This document shows positions 61,929 to 64,000 of a DNA stretch of 64,000 nt, piece after piece. Position numbers and translations under genes: made by a program. The stretch's first letter is position 1. Each line of letters begins with the position of its first letter. The notes below the pieces were generated by a model. That model was not told where the DNA came from. It saw only the letters and a program-made list of their open reading frames with translations, and made no database searches. This DNA is from a virus (taxonomy: Duplodnaviria; Caudoviricetes): IMG/VR virus record IMGVR_UViG_3300042275_000518, positions 1 through 64,000 of that record; one strand, given 5' to 3'.

Positions 61929-61990
61929 TTTAAGTCCTCCTTTATATCTCTATTAATATAAAAGATTGTTATCTTTTGCAAAATATATTT

Positions 61991-62554
61991 TTAAAGTTCT
62001 TGTATTAGCATCTGACATGCATAGTTAATATATGTATCATTTTCTTCTTTAAATACTCTTCTTAATTCACTAATAAATCTGCTTCCTGCACCATTATATT
62101 TATTTTTTGCCGCTCTGTATTGGTTTATTAATGGAATAGTGTACTGTAAATTTTCAGGCCTATTGTCTTGTTTATTTCCATTTATATGGTCAACATCTTG
62201 ATCAACTTTTTTCCCATCTAAATATATCTTATTATAATAAGAGAATGCAACTACTCTATGAGCAGCATCCCAATATCCAACTTTTGAGCATTCAATTTCA
62301 ATATAACCATTTGCATCTACTCGTGCTTTTACTGGCTCTAATAGAATTTCATTTGTATTTGGGTCTACAATAAGGCAGTCTTCATTTTCAATATATTCAA
62401 AGATATCTGTAATTAGTCCATAAGAATTTCTTCCAACAATTAGACCATAACCTTCATTTAGCCTGTAAGTTCCAATTGTATTTATTAAATTGTTTTTTAT
62501 AACATATTCAATTCTTCCATCAACTTTTGTAGTTGATAATACTTCATATTTCAT
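61991..62554 (-). CDS. HNH endonuclease (HNH_3 type)
   Basis: AHRVVA...VDHINGNKQDNRPENLQY. Confidence 0.85.
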   Translation of the reverse strand: MKYEVLSTTKVDGRIEYVIKNNLINTIGTYRLNEGYGLIVGRNSYGLITDIFEYIENEDCLIVDPNTNEILLEPVKARVDANGYIEIECSKVGYWDAAHRVVAFSYYNKIYLDGKKVDQDVDHINGNKQDNRPENLQYTIPLINQYRAAKNKYNGAGSRFISELRRVFKEENDTYINYACQMLIQEL

Positions 62555-62571
62555 AATATTCCTCTATTCTT

Positions 62572-62985
62572 TTAATAATTTAATAGTAAAAATAATTTAA
62601 TTTCTTCGCTTTGTAAGTTTTCATTATTTTTAATAATACTAATAAGTTTTTTTAAGTAACTTGGAAAAGAAATAAATGGGGATAATATAGCAGATATAAC
62701 ACCAACATTAATAATCTTTTCAGAACCAAACCTAAGCAAATAAAAAATTAATGGAACTTCTAATAACTCAACGGGACTTACATGTACCTCTAAAACTCTG
62801 TTTAATTCGCCATCCAAAAGGAAAAACCAATCTTTATTTGAAATAGTCGTTCTATTAGTAAGCATTTTTTCTGAAATTTTGTGAGTAGAAGTAGCTTCAG
62901 GAAAAGTTTCATATATTAATTCTTTTAATTTTTTCTTATCAATGTCATCTATCTTTATATTTTTTAATACTTCATAAAAATCCAT
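62572..62985 (-). CDS. Hypothetical protein with degenerate C-terminal tag (SEEIKLFLLLNY)
   Basis: 137 aa, AGGAGG RBS. Confidence 0.6.
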   Translation of the reverse strand: MDFYEVLKNIKIDDIDKKKLKELIYETFPEATSTHKISEKMLTNRTTISNKDWFFLLDGELNRVLEVHVSPVELLEVPLIFYLLRFGSEKIINVGVISAILSPFISFPSYLKKLISIIKNNENLQSEEIKLFLLLNY

Positions 62986-63003
62986 ATAATTTCCTCCTTA
63001 TAA

Positions 63004-63578
63004 AACAAAAAAGATAGTATCCGAAGATACTATTTTTCATAAGTTTACCCCCTTACTTCTTTAAGAAGTTTTTCAGATTCTTTAATTTTCTTTTTCAAAT
63101 GTTCTATTCGTTTTTTAGAATCCGTAATATATCCTTCCAAATTCTCTTCTAAAGACTGTGCCAGGTCTTCAAATTTTATATATTGTACTTTATTTTCTAA
63201 TAACCAATGACCATAATATATAAAATACTCTTTATCAAAATCTGGAATTAAAAATCCGCAACCAAACATTTGATAATCAACAACATAAAAAGTTCCTTCA
63301 GAATCTATAAATGATTTACAATAATCAATCTCACCTTTTGACAGTCCATAACTTTTAGTTAATTTTTCTTTAGCAAGTTCCTGAGCCTGACTTAAAAAAT
63401 CATCGTCATTAATATCTCCATAATCTTCTATTAATTCTAAGTTTTTTATAGGTAATGAGGCTCCTTTAACATTCTTATGAAGGACCATAGGCACCTTAAT
63501 TAATTTTACTATCTTTTCGTAACTATCCATCTTATTTTCTCCTTCAATAACAAAAAAGATAGTATCCGAAGATACTAT
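63004..63578. repeat. 30-bp direct repeat (terminator hairpin) flanking 63045-63530
   Basis: AACAAAAAAGATAGTATCCGAAGATACTAT at 63004-63033 and 63549-63578. Confidence 0.9.
63045..63530 (-). CDS. Hypothetical protein
   Basis: 161 aa, flanked by duplicated terminators. Confidence 0.6.
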   Translation of the reverse strand: MDSYEKIVKLIKVPMVLHKNVKGASLPIKNLELIEDYGDINDDDFLSQAQELAKEKLTKSYGLSKGEIDYCKSFIDSEGTFYVVDYQMFGCGFLIPDFDKEYFIYYGHWLLENKVQYIKFEDLAQSLEENLEGYITDSKKRIEHLKKKIKESEKLLKEVRG

Positions 63579-63608
63579 CTTATATGCGTTATTTATATTT
63601 GTTTTATT

Positions 63609-64000
63609 TTAGAACCCTAAATCTTCGTCTTCTTCAAGTAGTCTTGCTTCAACGGTTTCGATTTTCTTAGGTTCTTCAAACTTCATATAGATTATTGTTA
63701 AACCATCTTTTACTTCATATGCTAATTTTTTAATTTCATCATCGAACAGTAATCTAATTGAGAAATCGACTTTATTACTAAAATCAATCTTTTCCATTTC
63801 AGTTGTACCTTTTACATTAAGATATCTGTATGGGTCTCCTTTTTTGTTAGCGATTTCAATTGTTAAATCATCTCTGCTTATACCGAGCGTATTTAGAACA
63901 AAGATAATTCCGCCATCTTTTCTTACAACCTTGTATGGTTGCATGTCTTTTACTGGTCGATTAAAATTACTGAATACTTGTTTAAATAAATTGTTGATGT
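63609..64000 (-). CDS. Small heat-shock protein (Hsp20/alpha-crystallin-like), 5' end beyond the window
   Basis: LGISRDDLTIEI..LNVKG..AYEVKDGLTIIYM; frame stays open to the window edge. Confidence 0.6.
   Translation of the reverse strand, partial: INNLFKQVFSNFNRPVKDMQPYKVVRKDGGIIFVLNTLGISRDDLTIEIANKKGDPYRYLNVKGTTEMEKIDFSNKVDFSIRLLFDDEIKKLAYEVKDGLTIIYMKFEEPKKIETVEARLLEEDEDLGF

Noticed and set aside
1-64000. Reverse transcriptase partner for the retron-like units
   Set aside because: No ORF with YADD/xxDD plus RT motifs was found; 56485-57063 has a palm-like GD motif but is too short and cyclase-like.
1-64000. tRNA genes (including a UGA suppressor) and a nuclear shell (chimallin) gene
   Set aside because: No cloverleaf with a T-loop in the intergenic gaps I read and no ORF recognisable as chimallin; they may lie outside the window.

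Overview
AT-rich (roughly 25-30% GC by eye) segment of a jumbo myophage of the AR9/PBS1/phiKZ-related type, probably infecting a Bacillota host (strong GGAGG Shine-Dalgarno sites; Firmicute-like ligA, topA, phoH, gmk, pduO). Positions 1-36 kb carry virion and transcription genes: tail sheath and tube, portal, baseplate gp25/gp26-like, primase, a putative nvRNAP sigma-like subunit, a GroEL-like chaperonin, and an RNA polymerase beta subunit split by two group I introns around an 18-nt exon. Positions 36-64 kb are a minus-strand accessory/early region. Two phage promoter classes recur: AACA-N6-TA (late) and TATATTATA (early). Three signals are not explained by the ORF track. (1) Four retron-like (msr-msd architecture) non-coding units: three in tandem at 40.9-41.3 kb and one at 58.2-58.3 kb. 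They share covarying terminal inverted repeats, a G/G junction and a TAGTG-NNN-CGCTA hairpin, but each has a different long hairpin, and no reverse transcriptase is visible in the window. (2) In-frame TGA codons read as Trp in late-region genes, while TGA appears to remain a stop in two early-region genes. (3) A conserved C-terminal peptide, (M/F)xDDExxxLWFKLNY, appended to about a dozen otherwise unrelated small proteins. All family assignments come from motif recognition by eye; no searches were run.
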